Positions 8,886-18,696 of a stretch of DNA of 64,000 bases are shown piece by piece. Positions within the stretch are counted from its first letter, which is position 1, and the number at the start of each line of letters is the position of its first letter. Made by a program: the position numbers and the translations under genes. The notes beneath the pieces were generated by a model. That model ran no database searches, was not told where the DNA came from, and saw only the letters and a program-made list of their open reading frames with translations. The stretch is taken from positions 288,001 to 352,000 of the forward strand of contig JBJOMY010000001.1 of assembly GCA_046052125.1 (NCBI GenBank). Direction: 5' to 3'. This DNA comes from Cyanobacteriota bacterium (GTDB lineage: Bacteria > Cyanobacteriota > Cyanobacteriia > PCC-6307 > Cyanobiaceae).

Positions 8886-11858
8886 ATGATGAAGCTCCAT
8901 TTCGAACCTGATCTCGACTATCAGCTCACAGCGATCGAATCTGTCTGTGATCTATTTCGTGGTCAGGAGACCTGCCGTACCGAATTTACCGTCACCAAGA
9001 GTGCACTTGGTGGGGCGTTCATACCCGGTCTTGAGAGTGATCTAGGCGTCGGCAACCGCCTGACGCTGCTTGAAGACGAGCTGCTCAAAAACCTCAGCGG
9101 CATCCAACTCCGTCATGGCCTACCACCTTCTGTTGAGCTCACCTCACGCGACTTCACTGTGGAGATGGAGACTGGGACCGGTAAAACCTACGTCTACTTG
9201 CGCACCATCTTCGAGCTGAATAAGCGCTATGGCTTCAACAAGTTTGTCATCGTGGTCCCTTCAGTGGCGATCAAAGAGGGGGTCTATAAATCACTGCAGA
9301 TCACTGAGCAGCACTTCAAGGGCCTCTACGCAGGAGTTCATTGCGACTACTTTCTCTACGACTCAAACAAGCTTGGCCAGGTTCGCAATTTCGCAACCAG
9401 CGCCAGCATCCAAATCATGGTGGTCACCGTTGGGGCTATCAATAAGAGGGACGTCAATAACCTCTACAAGGAGAGCGAAAAGACAGGTGGCGAAAAGCCG
9501 ATTGACTTGATCAAGGCAACAAGACCCATTGTGATTGTTGATGAGCCTCAGAGCGTCGATGGTGGCCTGCAAGGGAGTGGGAAAAGAGCGCTTGAGGCAA
9601 TGAGTCCACTTTGCACATTGCGCTACTCCGCCACCCATGTGGATCGCCATCACATGGTCTATCGCCTAGATGCGGTCGATGCCTATGAGAAGCGACTTGT
9701 CAAGCAAATCGAAGTGGCCTCAGCCACCGTAGAAGATGCTCACAACAAGCCCTATGTGCGGCTCTTGTCGGTGAAGAACCAGCGAGGAATGATTAGCGCT
9801 CAGGTTGAGCTTGATTTGCAGACAGCCACGGGTGGTGTTCGACGTCAGACAGTCACCGTGCAAGATGGTGACGATCTCGCGCAGACCACTGGTCGCACTA
9901 TCTATGCCAACTGCCGAATCGGAGAGATACGAGTCGCCAAAGGCGGTGAATATTTAGAACTACGCGTTCCCGGCGCGGACCAATATCTGCAGATCGGACA
10001 AGCCTGGGGCGATGTTGACTTGCTAGCTGTTCAACGTGAGATGATTCGCCGCACGATCCGTGAGCATCTCGACAAGGAAAAGCGGCTGCGTCCACAGGGC
10101 ATCAAAGTTCTCTCTCTCTTCTTCATTGATGAGGTGGCGAAATACCGCTCCTATGACAGTGAGGGTAATGCCGTTAAAGGCGACTACGCGCGCATCTTTG
10201 AAGAGGAGTATCGGCGTGCAGCGGCACTGCCTGACTACCACACACTGTTTCAAGAAGTTGATCTTTCGCATGCAGCCGAAGATGTCCACAACGGCTACTT
10301 CTCGATTGACAGGGCTGGGGGCTGGACAAATACCGCCGAAAACAATCAGACGAACCGTGACAACGCAGAACGCGCCTACAACCTGATCATGAAGGAGAAG
10401 GAGAAGTTGTTGTCATTGCAAACTCCTTTGAAATTCATTTTCTCGCACTCAGCCTTGAAAGAAGGCTGGGACAGTCCCAATGTGTTCCAAATCTGTACCC
10501 TGCGCGATATTTCAACTGAACGTGAGCGTCGACAAACCATTGGCCGTGGTCTCCGCCTGTGTGTAAACCAGCAAGGCGAGCGCCGCCGCGGTTTTGACGT
10601 CAATACCTTGACCGTCATTGCGATGGAGAGCTACGAGCAATTTGCTGAACGCTTGCAGAAGGAAATTGAAGAAGACACTGGCATTCGCTTTGGTGTCGTG
10701 GAATCTCATGAGTTCGCAAGCATCGCGGTCGTCAGTTCTGACGGCAGCATTGCTCCGCTGGGGGTTGAACAGTCCAGAGTTTTGTGGGATCACTTCAAGG
10801 CAGAAGGCCATCTGGATAACCGCGGCAAAGTTCAGGATTCGCTCAGGGATGCCCTGAAGAGCGGCTCACTCACCGTGCCTCAGCCATTCGAGGCGCAGCG
10901 TGACCAAATCACGGCCGTTCTCAAAAAGCTGGCAGGACGTCTTGAGATCAAGAATGCCGATGAGCGCCGTCAGGTGCGTACCCGACAGGCGGTGCTGCAC
11001 AGCCCTGAGTTCAAGGCGTTATGGGATCGCATCAAGCACAAGACCACCTACAGGGTGGAATTTGACAACGAACGGCTGATTGAGACCTGTATCCGTGCTG
11101 TGCAGGCAGCGCCGCCGATTCCGAAAACCCGCCTGCAATGGCGCAAGGCTGACCTCGCCATCGGACAGGCGGGTGTCGAGGCTATAGAGCGTGAGGGAGC
11201 AGCCACAGTGGTGCTTGACGAAAGAGACATCCAGCTTCCCGATCTACTCACAGATCTCCAGGACCGCACACAGCTCACCAGACGCAGCCTGCAGCGCATT
11301 CTGAGCGGCAGCCTGCGGCTCGATGATTTCAAGAGCAATCCGCAAGCCTTCATTGTGCTCACCGCCGAGGCGATCAATCGGTGCAAACGCCTTGTTGTAG
11401 TAGATGGGATTAAATATCAGCGCCTTGGCGATGAACACTATTACGCTCAGGAACTCTTCGAGAAAGAGGAGTTGACAGGCTATCTAAGAAATCTTCTGGA
11501 TACCACCAAGGCTGTCTATGAGCAGGTGGTTTACGACTCGGAGATTGAACGAAGCTTTGGAGACCAGCTCGAGAAGAACAGTGCGGTCAAGGTCTATGCG
11601 AAATTGCCAGACTGGTTCACTGTGCCGACACCGTTAGGCGGCTACAACCCAGATTGGGCCGTCCTCATTGAGAAGGACGGAACTGAGAGGCTCTATTTCG
11701 TGGTGGAAACAAAAAGCAGTCTTTTTACAGATGACCTGCGAGACAAGGAGCGAGCAAAGATTGAATGCGGCAAGGCTCACTTCAATGCTCTGAGACAGGG
11801 CGAAACATCCGCCACTTACTTGGTCGCGAGAACTCTTGAAGAAGTCCTTGGGGATTAG
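8886..11858 (+). CDS. res: Type III restriction endonuclease subunit
   Basis: EMETGTGKTYVY, IVDEPQ, LRYSAT, LKEGWDSPNVFQIC, QTIGRGLR, and C-terminal PD-(D/E)xK motif YNPDW...VVETK. Confidence 0.93.
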   Translation: MMKLHFEPDLDYQLTAIESVCDLFRGQETCRTEFTVTKSALGGAFIPGLESDLGVGNRLTLLEDELLKNLSGIQLRHGLPPSVELTSRDFTVEMETGTGKTYVYLRTIFELNKRYGFNKFVIVVPSVAIKEGVYKSLQITEQHFKGLYAGVHCDYFLYDSNKLGQVRNFATSASIQIMVVTVGAINKRDVNNLYKESEKTGGEKPIDLIKATRPIVIVDEPQSVDGGLQGSGKRALEAMSPLCTLRYSATHVDRHHMVYRLDAVDAYEKRLVKQIEVASATVEDAHNKPYVRLLSVKNQRGMISAQVELDLQTATGGVRRQTVTVQDGDDLAQTTGRTIYANCRIGEIRVAKGGEYLELRVPGADQYLQIGQAWGDVDLLAVQREMIRRTIREHLDKEKRLRPQGIKVLSLFFIDEVAKYRSYDSEGNAVKGDYARIFEEEYRRAAALPDYHTLFQEVDLSHAAEDVHNGYFSIDRAGGWTNTAENNQTNRDNAERAYNLIMKEKEKLLSLQTPLKFIFSHSALKEGWDSPNVFQICTLRDISTERERRQTIGRGLRLCVNQQGERRRGFDVNTLTVIAMESYEQFAERLQKEIEEDTGIRFGVVESHEFASIAVVSSDGSIAPLGVEQSRVLWDHFKAEGHLDNRGKVQDSLRDALKSGSLTVPQPFEAQRDQITAVLKKLAGRLEIKNADERRQVRTRQAVLHSPEFKALWDRIKHKTTYRVEFDNERLIETCIRAVQAAPPIPKTRLQWRKADLAIGQAGVEAIEREGAATVVLDERDIQLPDLLTDLQDRTQLTRRSLQRILSGSLRLDDFKSNPQAFIVLTAEAINRCKRLVVVDGIKYQRLGDEHYYAQELFEKEELTGYLRNLLDTTKAVYEQVVYDSEIERSFGDQLEKNSAVKVYAKLPDWFTVPTPLGGYNPDWAVLIEKDGTERLYFVVETKSSLFTDDLRDKERAKIECGKAHFNALRQGETSATYLVARTLEEVLGD

Positions 11859-12065
11859 CGCTTCTGGCCCTGGAGAGAAGGCTTGGCTTTATCCAAAGCA
11901 TTATACATCCCCTGCACTGGAGTCTTTTCAGTATGGTTCTTGAGCGCCACGGGGTTGAATCTCTACCTCATTCAGCACTCAGACATCTCAACCTCTGACA
12001 CCCAAATCAAAAACAAAGCAAAGAAAAAGCCCGTTTGTTCGACGACTAAATAGCGCGACCCCCGC

Positions 12066-12356
12066 TCAGCGCTCCTGCAGAACCACCCCAGACCTGAGCA
12101 CGGAGACACGATCCACCGCTAGGTCCTCCGCCGCTGGGTGACTGCGCCGGAGTTCCTGCAGCAGGAGCGACTCAAGCTGCTCTCCTTCCAGCCAGGCGGG
12201 GACCCATTGGGTTCGGCTCATGGACAGCCAAGCCGGCCACCGCTCGGTCACGGTGTCACCGGCGGTGGTTCCCGCCACCCAGACCGTGGCGGTCTCGCCC
12301 TGCTGCAGAACGCGGTAGTGCACCCTCAGCTTGTTGTGGGGAAGGGCTGAGTTCAT
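12066..12356 (-). CDS. Hypothetical protein
   Basis: ATG at 12356 (MNSALPHNKLRVHY) overlaps the stop of the Nif11-like gene (ATGA). Confidence 0.55.
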   Translation of the reverse strand: MNSALPHNKLRVHYRVLQQGETATVWVAGTTAGDTVTERWPAWLSMSRTQWVPAWLEGEQLESLLLQELRRSHPAAEDLAVDRVSVLRSGVVLQER

Positions 12357-12550
12357 CCCTGGGCCGCCTGCTCCTGTTCCCGCTGCTCCTCCTGCCACGC
12401 ACGCTGCAGATCGATCCGCGTGATCCGGTAACCGAGGCGCCGTGCCGCAAGGATCAGCTCCTTACGGGAGCGGCAGTGCTTGAGCGCCCGTTGGAGGGCG
12501 CTATCGGCCTCCACGTCGTCCACAAAACGCTCCAGCTCGGACCAGCTCAT
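12353..12550 (-). CDS. Nif11-like leader-domain protein
   Basis: MSWSELERFVDDVEADSALQRAL...LILAARRLGYRITRIDL matches the Nif11 pattern. ATG at 12550. Confidence 0.8.
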   Translation of the reverse strand: MSWSELERFVDDVEADSALQRALKHCRSRKELILAARRLGYRITRIDLQRAWQEEQREQEQAAQG

Positions 12551-12714
12551 CGGAGGGAAAGCCCTGGATCTCTCACCATGCCAAGGGTGTCTGAGCTGCG
12601 CCAGGTTCCGTGGATCACACTCCTCCAGACCCCGCGTCAGCACTGAGGAAACCGGCCGGAACACCGGCCGGCGGGAGGTTCAAAAGATCGAGCCGTGGTC
12701 CCTTTGTTCCCGGC

Positions 12715-13158
12715 TCAGTCCGCAGAGCTTGAACCATCCCAATTGGAGCTGTGCTTGATCACAGCGGTGCAGAAATTCAACAACTCCCGGGGGGTCATGT
12801 CGTGCTTGGCGTCATTGGTGCGCCAAGCGCAGATCACGAAGTCCGGTTCCGGTTGGTTGGTGCGGTGATCAATGGTGGGGAGCATCGCGTAGCGCTTCTT
12901 GTGCTCGCCTTTGCCCTCGGCGGCTTCACGATTGTCGTAAGTGCCGATCAGCTCCCACTCGAGCCACTCGCCGGTCCAGTGGTCGAACCCCTGGGAAGCC
13001 AGCACCGCTTCATGGATCGCCAGCCGGTACTGCTGCACATTGCCAACGCCGCCACGTTTCTGATCTCGCTTGGACAACGTCACCGCCTTGCGCTGCACCC
13101 AGCCGGGGTAGGTGGCTTTGGAGACGTCCGGCATCCAGTCAGGGGCGGGGGTGTTCAT
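12715..13158 (-). CDS. Putative HNH-like nuclease
   Basis: LPTIDH...FVICAWRTNDAKHDM resembles the DH...N..K beta-beta-alpha-Me motif. Confidence 0.55.
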   Translation of the reverse strand: MNTPAPDWMPDVSKATYPGWVQRKAVTLSKRDQKRGGVGNVQQYRLAIHEAVLASQGFDHWTGEWLEWELIGTYDNREAAEGKGEHKKRYAMLPTIDHRTNQPEPDFVICAWRTNDAKHDMTPRELLNFCTAVIKHSSNWDGSSSAD

Positions 13159-13200
13159 CGAGATGGGGTGCTCCGGAAGAAAGATCGTTTCACTGCGTGC

Positions 13201-13914
13201 TCAAGCCAGCCCCAACCCCTCAATCCCCTGCCAACCCAGATAGAGCCCGAGAGCAACGCCCACCAGACCTACCAGCAGATCGCCTTTGGCGAACAACCAC
13301 TGCTTCCCGCGCTCCAGGATCGCCAGCACGCGCTCAGGGCCGGCCAACACCAGAGCCAGCAGTGGGATTAGCAACAGGCTTGCGCTCACCAGGCTGAACA
13401 CGCCTGTGGCCAGGAGTTCGCTGGCAGTGCCAAGGCCTGACGCCAGCAACGTGCCGGCCGTCTTGGTGAACAAAAACAGCGCGTCGGGTCGCACCACCTC
13501 CAGGGCCGCACTGATCGCGAGGAGCAGCGGAAGCGGCATGGCGCAGAACTGATCGAGCTTGCGGGTCCAACCCGGTGGCTCTGCGCTGCCATCCCCTTTG
13601 TTGAGAAGTTCCTTCAGGCCCAGCCCCAACAGCACGCCGGCGGCCACCAGATCCAGGCCGGTGCGGTGGCTGCTGCCCTTGTCCATGCTCAGAAACAGCC
13701 CATGGCCCACGGTGGTGAGCAGCGTCACCGCAACAGCGGCGGTGATCAGCCAACCGGCCACAAACCAACCCCCGCGGTGCAGAGGCTTCGGCCCGAGCAG
13801 GATCAGCAGCAGCAGGCCGATGTGCAGCGGCGAGAGCCCAATCGCCAACCCAAAGGCGGCCAGCTCACCAAGCAGGGAACCAAGGCCCTGGCTTGCGGCC
13901 ACGGGATCAGCCAT
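13201..13914 (-). CDS. GAP/Sap-family (LysE-like) membrane protein
   Basis: FGLAIGLSPLHIGLLLLIL...GGWFVAGW, about 6 hydrophobic segments, PPGW motif. Confidence 0.7.
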   Translation of the reverse strand: MADPVAASQGLGSLLGELAAFGLAIGLSPLHIGLLLLILLGPKPLHRGGWFVAGWLITAAVAVTLLTTVGHGLFLSMDKGSSHRTGLDLVAAGVLLGLGLKELLNKGDGSAEPPGWTRKLDQFCAMPLPLLLAISAALEVVRPDALFLFTKTAGTLLASGLGTASELLATGVFSLVSASLLLIPLLALVLAGPERVLAILERGKQWLFAKGDLLVGLVGVALGLYLGWQGIEGLGLA

Positions 13915-14009
13915 GGGAAGGATCAGTGATGCAGTGGATCTTCCCCCCATGGACCGGAATCGGGAAGGTGTAGCGCTTGCGCATCAGCCCGATTCGAAGC
14001 TGCTGGACA

Positions 14010-14510
14010 ATGCCATCCATGGCACAAACCTCTCCCCGTCAACCCCAGCTCTTGCGCCTGCTCCACGGCGCGATGGTGGTGTTGGTGCCTTTGGCCTGGC
14101 TGAGTGGTGCAGTGGTGTTCTCCAATCACGACGGGCGCTGGCTGCGCCTACCCGTGCAGGTGCCTGGCAACTGGATCGACATCCACGGAACGATCGGCGT
14201 GCTGCTCTGGCCGCTGGCCGCCCTGTTTTTGATCTATGCCCTGAGCGTGGGGCGCTTCCGCTTGCGCCAGGGCGCCAATGCCGCCGCCCTGATCGCTCTG
14301 GTGCTGGCGGTGGGCAGCGGCAAGTTCATGCAGGAAGACTGGCTGCGCAACGGCGATCTGAATCACGTCGTGTATCACCTGCACGTGCTGGCCTGGCTGT
14401 TGATCGCAGGAGCCGTGGCCTGGCACATCGCGGGTGTGTTCTCCCGTGGTGGCGTGCCGTTGGCGAGCTCGATGTTTCGGCTCAACACGGTCAAAGGCTC
14501 GTCGAAGTGA
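14010..14510 (+). CDS. Cytochrome b/b561-like di-heme membrane protein
   Basis: LRLLHG, IDIHG, YHLH and WHIA histidines on four hydrophobic helices. Confidence 0.75.
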   Translation: MPSMAQTSPRQPQLLRLLHGAMVVLVPLAWLSGAVVFSNHDGRWLRLPVQVPGNWIDIHGTIGVLLWPLAALFLIYALSVGRFRLRQGANAAALIALVLAVGSGKFMQEDWLRNGDLNHVVYHLHVLAWLLIAGAVAWHIAGVFSRGGVPLASSMFRLNTVKGSSK

Positions 14511-14521
14511 GCTGATAGGCG

Positions 14522-14908
14522 ATGCGCAACCTCACTTGGGACGAGTTTGAGCTGGCGGTGAACCGCATCGCGGAGCACTGCCGTGATGGCCAATTCAGCG
14601 GGGTGTACGGCATTCCCCGAGGCGGCCTGGTGCTCGCAGTGACGCTCAGCCATCGGCTGAATCTGCCCCTCCTGCCCAGCGCCCAACCCGGTTGCCTGCT
14701 GGTGGACGACGTGTACGAAACCGGGCTCACCCTCGAGCGCTATCGACAGCTCGAGCACTGCACGGCGATGGTGTGGGTGAGCAAGGCCGAGCCGCAGTGG
14801 TGGCAGGCGGTGGAGGTGGTGCAATCCAGCGAATGGATCGTGTTTCCGTGGGAAAGCGCCGCTGCCGCCGCCGCGGATGAACAGGCCTATCGAGCCTCCC
14901 GGCCATGA
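14522..14908 (+). CDS. Short type I phosphoribosyltransferase (XGPRT-like)
   Basis: GVYGIPRGGL, PRPP-binding LLVDDVYETGLTL, C-terminal WIVFPWE. Confidence 0.85.
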   Translation: MRNLTWDEFELAVNRIAEHCRDGQFSGVYGIPRGGLVLAVTLSHRLNLPLLPSAQPGCLLVDDVYETGLTLERYRQLEHCTAMVWVSKAEPQWWQAVEVVQSSEWIVFPWESAAAAAADEQAYRASRP

Positions 14909-15384
14909 CGCGTCCCACCCTTTATCTGGCCTCCCCCTACGGCTTCTCTCCCCACTGGCGTGAGCGGCTGCTTCCCGATTTCGTTCAAGCCCTCGAGGCT
15001 CTCGGGCTGGAGGTGTGGGAGCCGTTCACACGCAACGGCCAGGTGGATCTGGCAGAACCAGGCTGGGCCTGGCGGGTGGCCCAGGCCGACCTGCAGGACA
15101 TGCGTGATGCCGATGCGCTGCTCGCCATCGTGAACGGAACGCCTCCTGATGAGGGCGTGATGCTCGAACTGGGCGCGGCGATCGCGCTCGGCAAACCCGT
15201 GTTTCTCTACCGCGACGACTTCCGCCGTTGCAGTGATTCTGAGGACTATCCCCTCAACTTGATGGTGTTCAGCGGCCTGCCGCAACAGGGCTGGCAGGAG
15301 TGGCTTTACGGCTCGATCCACGAGCTCAGTGATCCCGGCAAGGCCCTGGTGCGCTGGATCCAGGGCACCGCAGAGCAGCAGTGA
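14905..15384 (+). CDS. Nucleoside 2-deoxyribosyltransferase / nucleotide N-glycosidase family protein
   Basis: LYLASP, ADLQDMRDAD, PDEGVMLELGAAIALGKPV (catalytic Glu), NLM. ATGA overlap with the PRTase. Confidence 0.88.
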   Translation: MTRPTLYLASPYGFSPHWRERLLPDFVQALEALGLEVWEPFTRNGQVDLAEPGWAWRVAQADLQDMRDADALLAIVNGTPPDEGVMLELGAAIALGKPVFLYRDDFRRCSDSEDYPLNLMVFSGLPQQGWQEWLYGSIHELSDPGKALVRWIQGTAEQQ

Positions 15385-15393
15385 AGGCCTGCC

Positions 15394-16083
15394 ATGGCTG
15401 AAGCGGCTGTGCGCGTAAAAATCTGCGGCGTGCGCCGCCCGGAGGATGCCCGCCTAGCGGCCCACCTTGGCGCCGATGCGGTTGGCGTGCTGGTGGGCCA
15501 GAGCCATCCCAGCGGCGACTTCATCGAACCGTCCACCGCATCCGCAATCCTGCGGGAGCTGCCAAAGCAGGTGACCGGAATGCTGGTGAGCCACCTCGAG
15601 GATCCAGCCGCCCTGTTGGAGCTGATCGATCTACTCCACCCAGGGGCCCTGCAACTGCACAGCGCCATTCATCCAGAGGCCGTTCGACAGATCCGCCAGG
15701 CCAGACCGGATCTGCTGCTCACCAAGGCCGTGCACGGCAACGCCGGCAATCCGCTGGAGACGATCCGGCAGTACGGCCAGCTGGTGGATGGCTTCGTGGC
15801 CGACAGCTGCAATCCCGCCACGGGCCAGGTAGGCGGCACAGGCCTCACCCACGATTGGGCCATCAGCGCCGATCTCGTGCGGCAAGCCCCCGTGCCGCTC
15901 TGGCTAGCGGGGGGCCTGACACCACACAACGTGGCGGTGGCAATCGCGCAGGTGCAGCCCTGGGGCGTGGATGTGAACAGCGGCGTGAAGGGCCCCGATG
16001 GCTTCAAGTGCCCGCAGCTGCTGCAGGCATTCATCCAAGCCGCCAAGGGGAACGCCAGTTCAAGCCCCCGCTCGCCAGGATGA
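15394..16083 (+). CDS. trpF: Phosphoribosylanthranilate isomerase-family protein (TrpF-like, possibly a paralog)
   Basis: VKICG, LQLH, DS...[27 protein letters not shown]. Confidence 0.8.
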   Translation: MAEAAVRVKICGVRRPEDARLAAHLGADAVGVLVGQSHPSGDFIEPSTASAILRELPKQVTGMLVSHLEDPAALLELIDLLHPGALQLHSAIHPEAVRQIRQARPDLLLTKAVHGNAGNPLETIRQYGQLVDGFVADSCNPATGQVGGTGLTHDWAISADLVRQAPVPLWLAGGLTPHNVAVAIAQVQPWGVDVNSGVKGPDGFKCPQLLQAFIQAAKGNASSSPRSPG

Positions 16084-17786
16084 GCCCAGGCCACCCTGAA
16101 GCCGGATCTGCCGTGTCGACCACCACCTTCGCGGAGTTCGCGCAACGGGCCGACTATTCGCTGCTGGAGACGCTGCAGCCGGATCCCAAGGCCACCAGCG
16201 ATGGCCAGGACCATCAGCCGCGCCAGGTGTTCTCGGGGCACTACGTGCCGGTCAAGCCCACGCCGATTCCGGCGCCGGAATACGTGGCCCACAGCCGCAT
16301 CTTGTTTGCCGAGCTGGGGCTGAGCGACTCACTCGTACACGACGACGCGTTCCAGCGGCTGTTCTCCGGCGACAGCAGCGTGGCCACCGGGCCGATGCGG
16401 CCGTTTGGCTGGGCCACCGGTTACGCCCTCTCGATCTACGGCACCGAATACATCCAGCAGTGCCCCTTCGGCACGGGCAACGGCTATGGCGACGGCCGGG
16501 CCATCTCGATCTTTGAAGGACTGTTTGAAGGCCAACGCTGGGAACTGCAGCTCAAAGGAGGTGGCCCCACCCCCTACTGCCGCGGCGCCGATGGCCGCGC
16601 TGTGCTGCGCTCCAGCGTGCGCGAGTTTCTGGCCCAGGAGTTCATGCACGCCCTGGGGGTTCCCAGCTCCCGCTCGCTCACGCTCTACATGTCGCGCGCC
16701 GAAGCGGTGCGGCGGCCCTGGTATTCGCCCAACTCCCGCTCGTTCGATCCCGATGTGATGGTCGACAACCCAGCGGCGATCACCACACGGGTGGCGCCCT
16801 CGTTCCTGCGGGTGGGGCAGCTGGAGTTGTTTGCACGCCGGGCCCGCAGCAATGGCCATGCCGCCGCCTTGCGCGAGCTGCAGATGATCACGGCCCATCT
16901 GATCGAGCGCAACTACCGCTCGCAGATCAATGCGTCTCTGCCCTTCCACGAGCAGGTGCTGGAGCTGGCCCGCTTGTTCCGCGAGCGGCTCACCACTCTG
17001 GTGGCGAACTGGATGCGCGTGGGCTACTGCCAGGGCAACTTCAACAGCGACAACTGCGCCGCCGGTGGCTACACCCTCGATTACGGCCCCTTCGGCTTCT
17101 GCGAGCTGTTCGACCCACGCTTCCAGCCCTGGACCGGTGGCGGGGAGCACTTCTGCTTCTTCAACCAACCGGCGGCCGCTGAGGTGAATTACGGGATGTT
17201 CGTGAAATCGCTGCGGCCCCTGCTGGAAGGCGACAGCGAGGCCATGGCCGAACTGGATGCGATCCAAAGCGGCTTTGCCGAAGCCATGGCACAGGCGATG
17301 GAGACGATGTGGGCCAGCAAGCTCGGACTACCCCGCTACGACGGCGAGCTGATGCAGGAGTTTCTGCAGCTGCTGGTGAATTCCAGGGCTGATTACACGA
17401 TCTTCTTCCGCCGCCTGTCAGAGATCCCCGAGCAGCTGGAACCCCTCAAGGAGAGCTTCTATCTGCCCAGCTCAGAGGAGCTCGATGCGCAGTGGAGCAG
17501 CTGGCTGGTGCGCTGGAGGGAGGCGATCAAGTCGAACGGCAACCTTGAGGAGACATCCGCTGCGATGAAGCGGGTGAACCCCGCAATCACCTGGCGCGAA
17601 TGGCTGATCGCTCCCGCCTACGAACGAGCGGCCCAGGGCGACACCCAGCTGATCCAGGAACTGCAGGCGCTGTTCAGCGATCCCTACAGCGACTGCCCCC
17701 CAGAGCTGGCCGCCAAATACGACCGGCTCAAACCCCGCGAGTTCTTCAACGCAGGAGGCGTGTCGCACTACAGCTGTTCGTCGTGA
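16080..17786 (+). CDS. selO: SelO/YdiU-family protein adenylyltransferase
   Basis: [48 protein letters not shown]-terminal SCSS. ATG 16080 overlaps the trpF stop; alternative GTG at 16113. Confidence 0.92.
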   Translation: MSPGHPEAGSAVSTTTFAEFAQRADYSLLETLQPDPKATSDGQDHQPRQVFSGHYVPVKPTPIPAPEYVAHSRILFAELGLSDSLVHDDAFQRLFSGDSSVATGPMRPFGWATGYALSIYGTEYIQQCPFGTGNGYGDGRAISIFEGLFEGQRWELQLKGGGPTPYCRGADGRAVLRSSVREFLAQEFMHALGVPSSRSLTLYMSRAEAVRRPWYSPNSRSFDPDVMVDNPAAITTRVAPSFLRVGQLELFARRARSNGHAAALRELQMITAHLIERNYRSQINASLPFHEQVLELARLFRERLTTLVANWMRVGYCQGNFNSDNCAAGGYTLDYGPFGFCELFDPRFQPWTGGGEHFCFFNQPAAAEVNYGMFVKSLRPLLEGDSEAMAELDAIQSGFAEAMAQAMETMWASKLGLPRYDGELMQEFLQLLVNSRADYTIFFRRLSEIPEQLEPLKESFYLPSSEELDAQWSSWLVRWREAIKSNGNLEETSAAMKRVNPAITWREWLIAPAYERAAQGDTQLIQELQALFSDPYSDCPPELAAKYDRLKPREFFNAGGVSHYSCSS

Positions 17787-17790
17787 AGCA

Positions 17791-18612
17791 TCAACCGAGC
17801 ATGCGCATTCGCACAAGTGAATCCCACAAACGCGTGGGCATGAGCCGCTGCACGAGCACCGCCTCAGATTCGCTGCCGCAGCGGTAGCGGGGATTGGGAT
17901 CGCTGGCCTGTAGAGCAGCTGCGATGGTGCGAGCCACCACCTCAGGCTCTGAGCCCCTGCGGAATCCATCGGCCCAGCCGGCGGCAACCCGCCGCATCAT
18001 CGAACCCCAAACAGGGTCGAGCCCTTCGCGCTGCATGGCATCAGCCGTAACGCCCTCAAAGCCGGTGCGGATCAAGCCGGGCTCCACCAGCACCACGTGA
18101 ACGCCGAACTGGTGCAGCTCCAGGCGCAGGGCATCACTGATCGCCTCCACGGCGTGCTTGCTCGCGCCATACCAACCGGCCCCGGGTGTCACGAAGCGGC
18201 CGGCGATGGAGGAGAGGTTCACGATGCAGCCGCGGCGCCGTTCGCGCATCGCCGGCAGCAGCAGCTGGGTGAGGCCCACCAGGCCGAACACATTCACTTC
18301 AAACATGGCTCGGGCCCGATCGAGAGCCATTGTTTCCACCGGGCCCACATCGCCATAGCCGGCGTTGTTCACCAACGCATCGAGCGCGCCGACGCGTTCG
18401 CTAATGGCATGAGCAAGCGCATCGCGTGAGCTCGGGTCGACCAAATCCAGGGGGAAGATCTCAGCGCCGCGGCTGCGCAGCGGCTCCATCGCTTCAACCC
18501 GGCGCGCTGCAGCCAACACGCGCCAGCCCTGATCGATCAGGCGATGGGCCGTGGCCAAGCCAATGCCGCTGGAGGCACCGGTGATCAACACACTGCGGCG
18601 GGCGTCAGCCAT
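17791..18612 (-). CDS. Short-chain dehydrogenase/reductase
   Basis: ITGASSGIG, NNAG, YGASK. Start at ATG 18612 (MADARRS). Confidence 0.9.
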   Translation of the reverse strand: MADARRSVLITGASSGIGLATAHRLIDQGWRVLAAARRVEAMEPLRSRGAEIFPLDLVDPSSRDALAHAISERVGALDALVNNAGYGDVGPVETMALDRARAMFEVNVFGLVGLTQLLLPAMRERRRGCIVNLSSIAGRFVTPGAGWYGASKHAVEAISDALRLELHQFGVHVVLVEPGLIRTGFEGVTADAMQREGLDPVWGSMMRRVAAGWADGFRRGSEPEVVARTIAAALQASDPNPRYRCGSESEAVLVQRLMPTRLWDSLVRMRMLG

Positions 18613-18696
18613 CGGATTCCAAGCGACGGTTGCACTGTGGCGGATGAAGACTGCAGCTAGGGTCAAAAACGAGGCAACCCCTGCGCGACAGAGCCT

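Noticed and set aside
10109..10118. (TC)5 tract in res as a phase-variation switch
   Set aside because: Too short, the gene is in frame, and no repeat tract is seen in mod, where phasevarion repeats normally lie.
12353..12550. Prochlorosin/lanthipeptide precursor
   Set aside because: No core peptide after the leader and no modifying enzyme in the window.
12619..12630. Similarity to the Yfr1 sRNA motif ACUCCUCACAC
   Set aside because: Only ACTCCTC matches, there is no terminator U-tail, and the context is not the usual Yfr1 locus.
17770..17786. Selenocysteine read-through at the SelO TGA
   Set aside because: The protein already ends in the Cys-type SCSS motif, and the convergent SDR gene ends 4 nt later.
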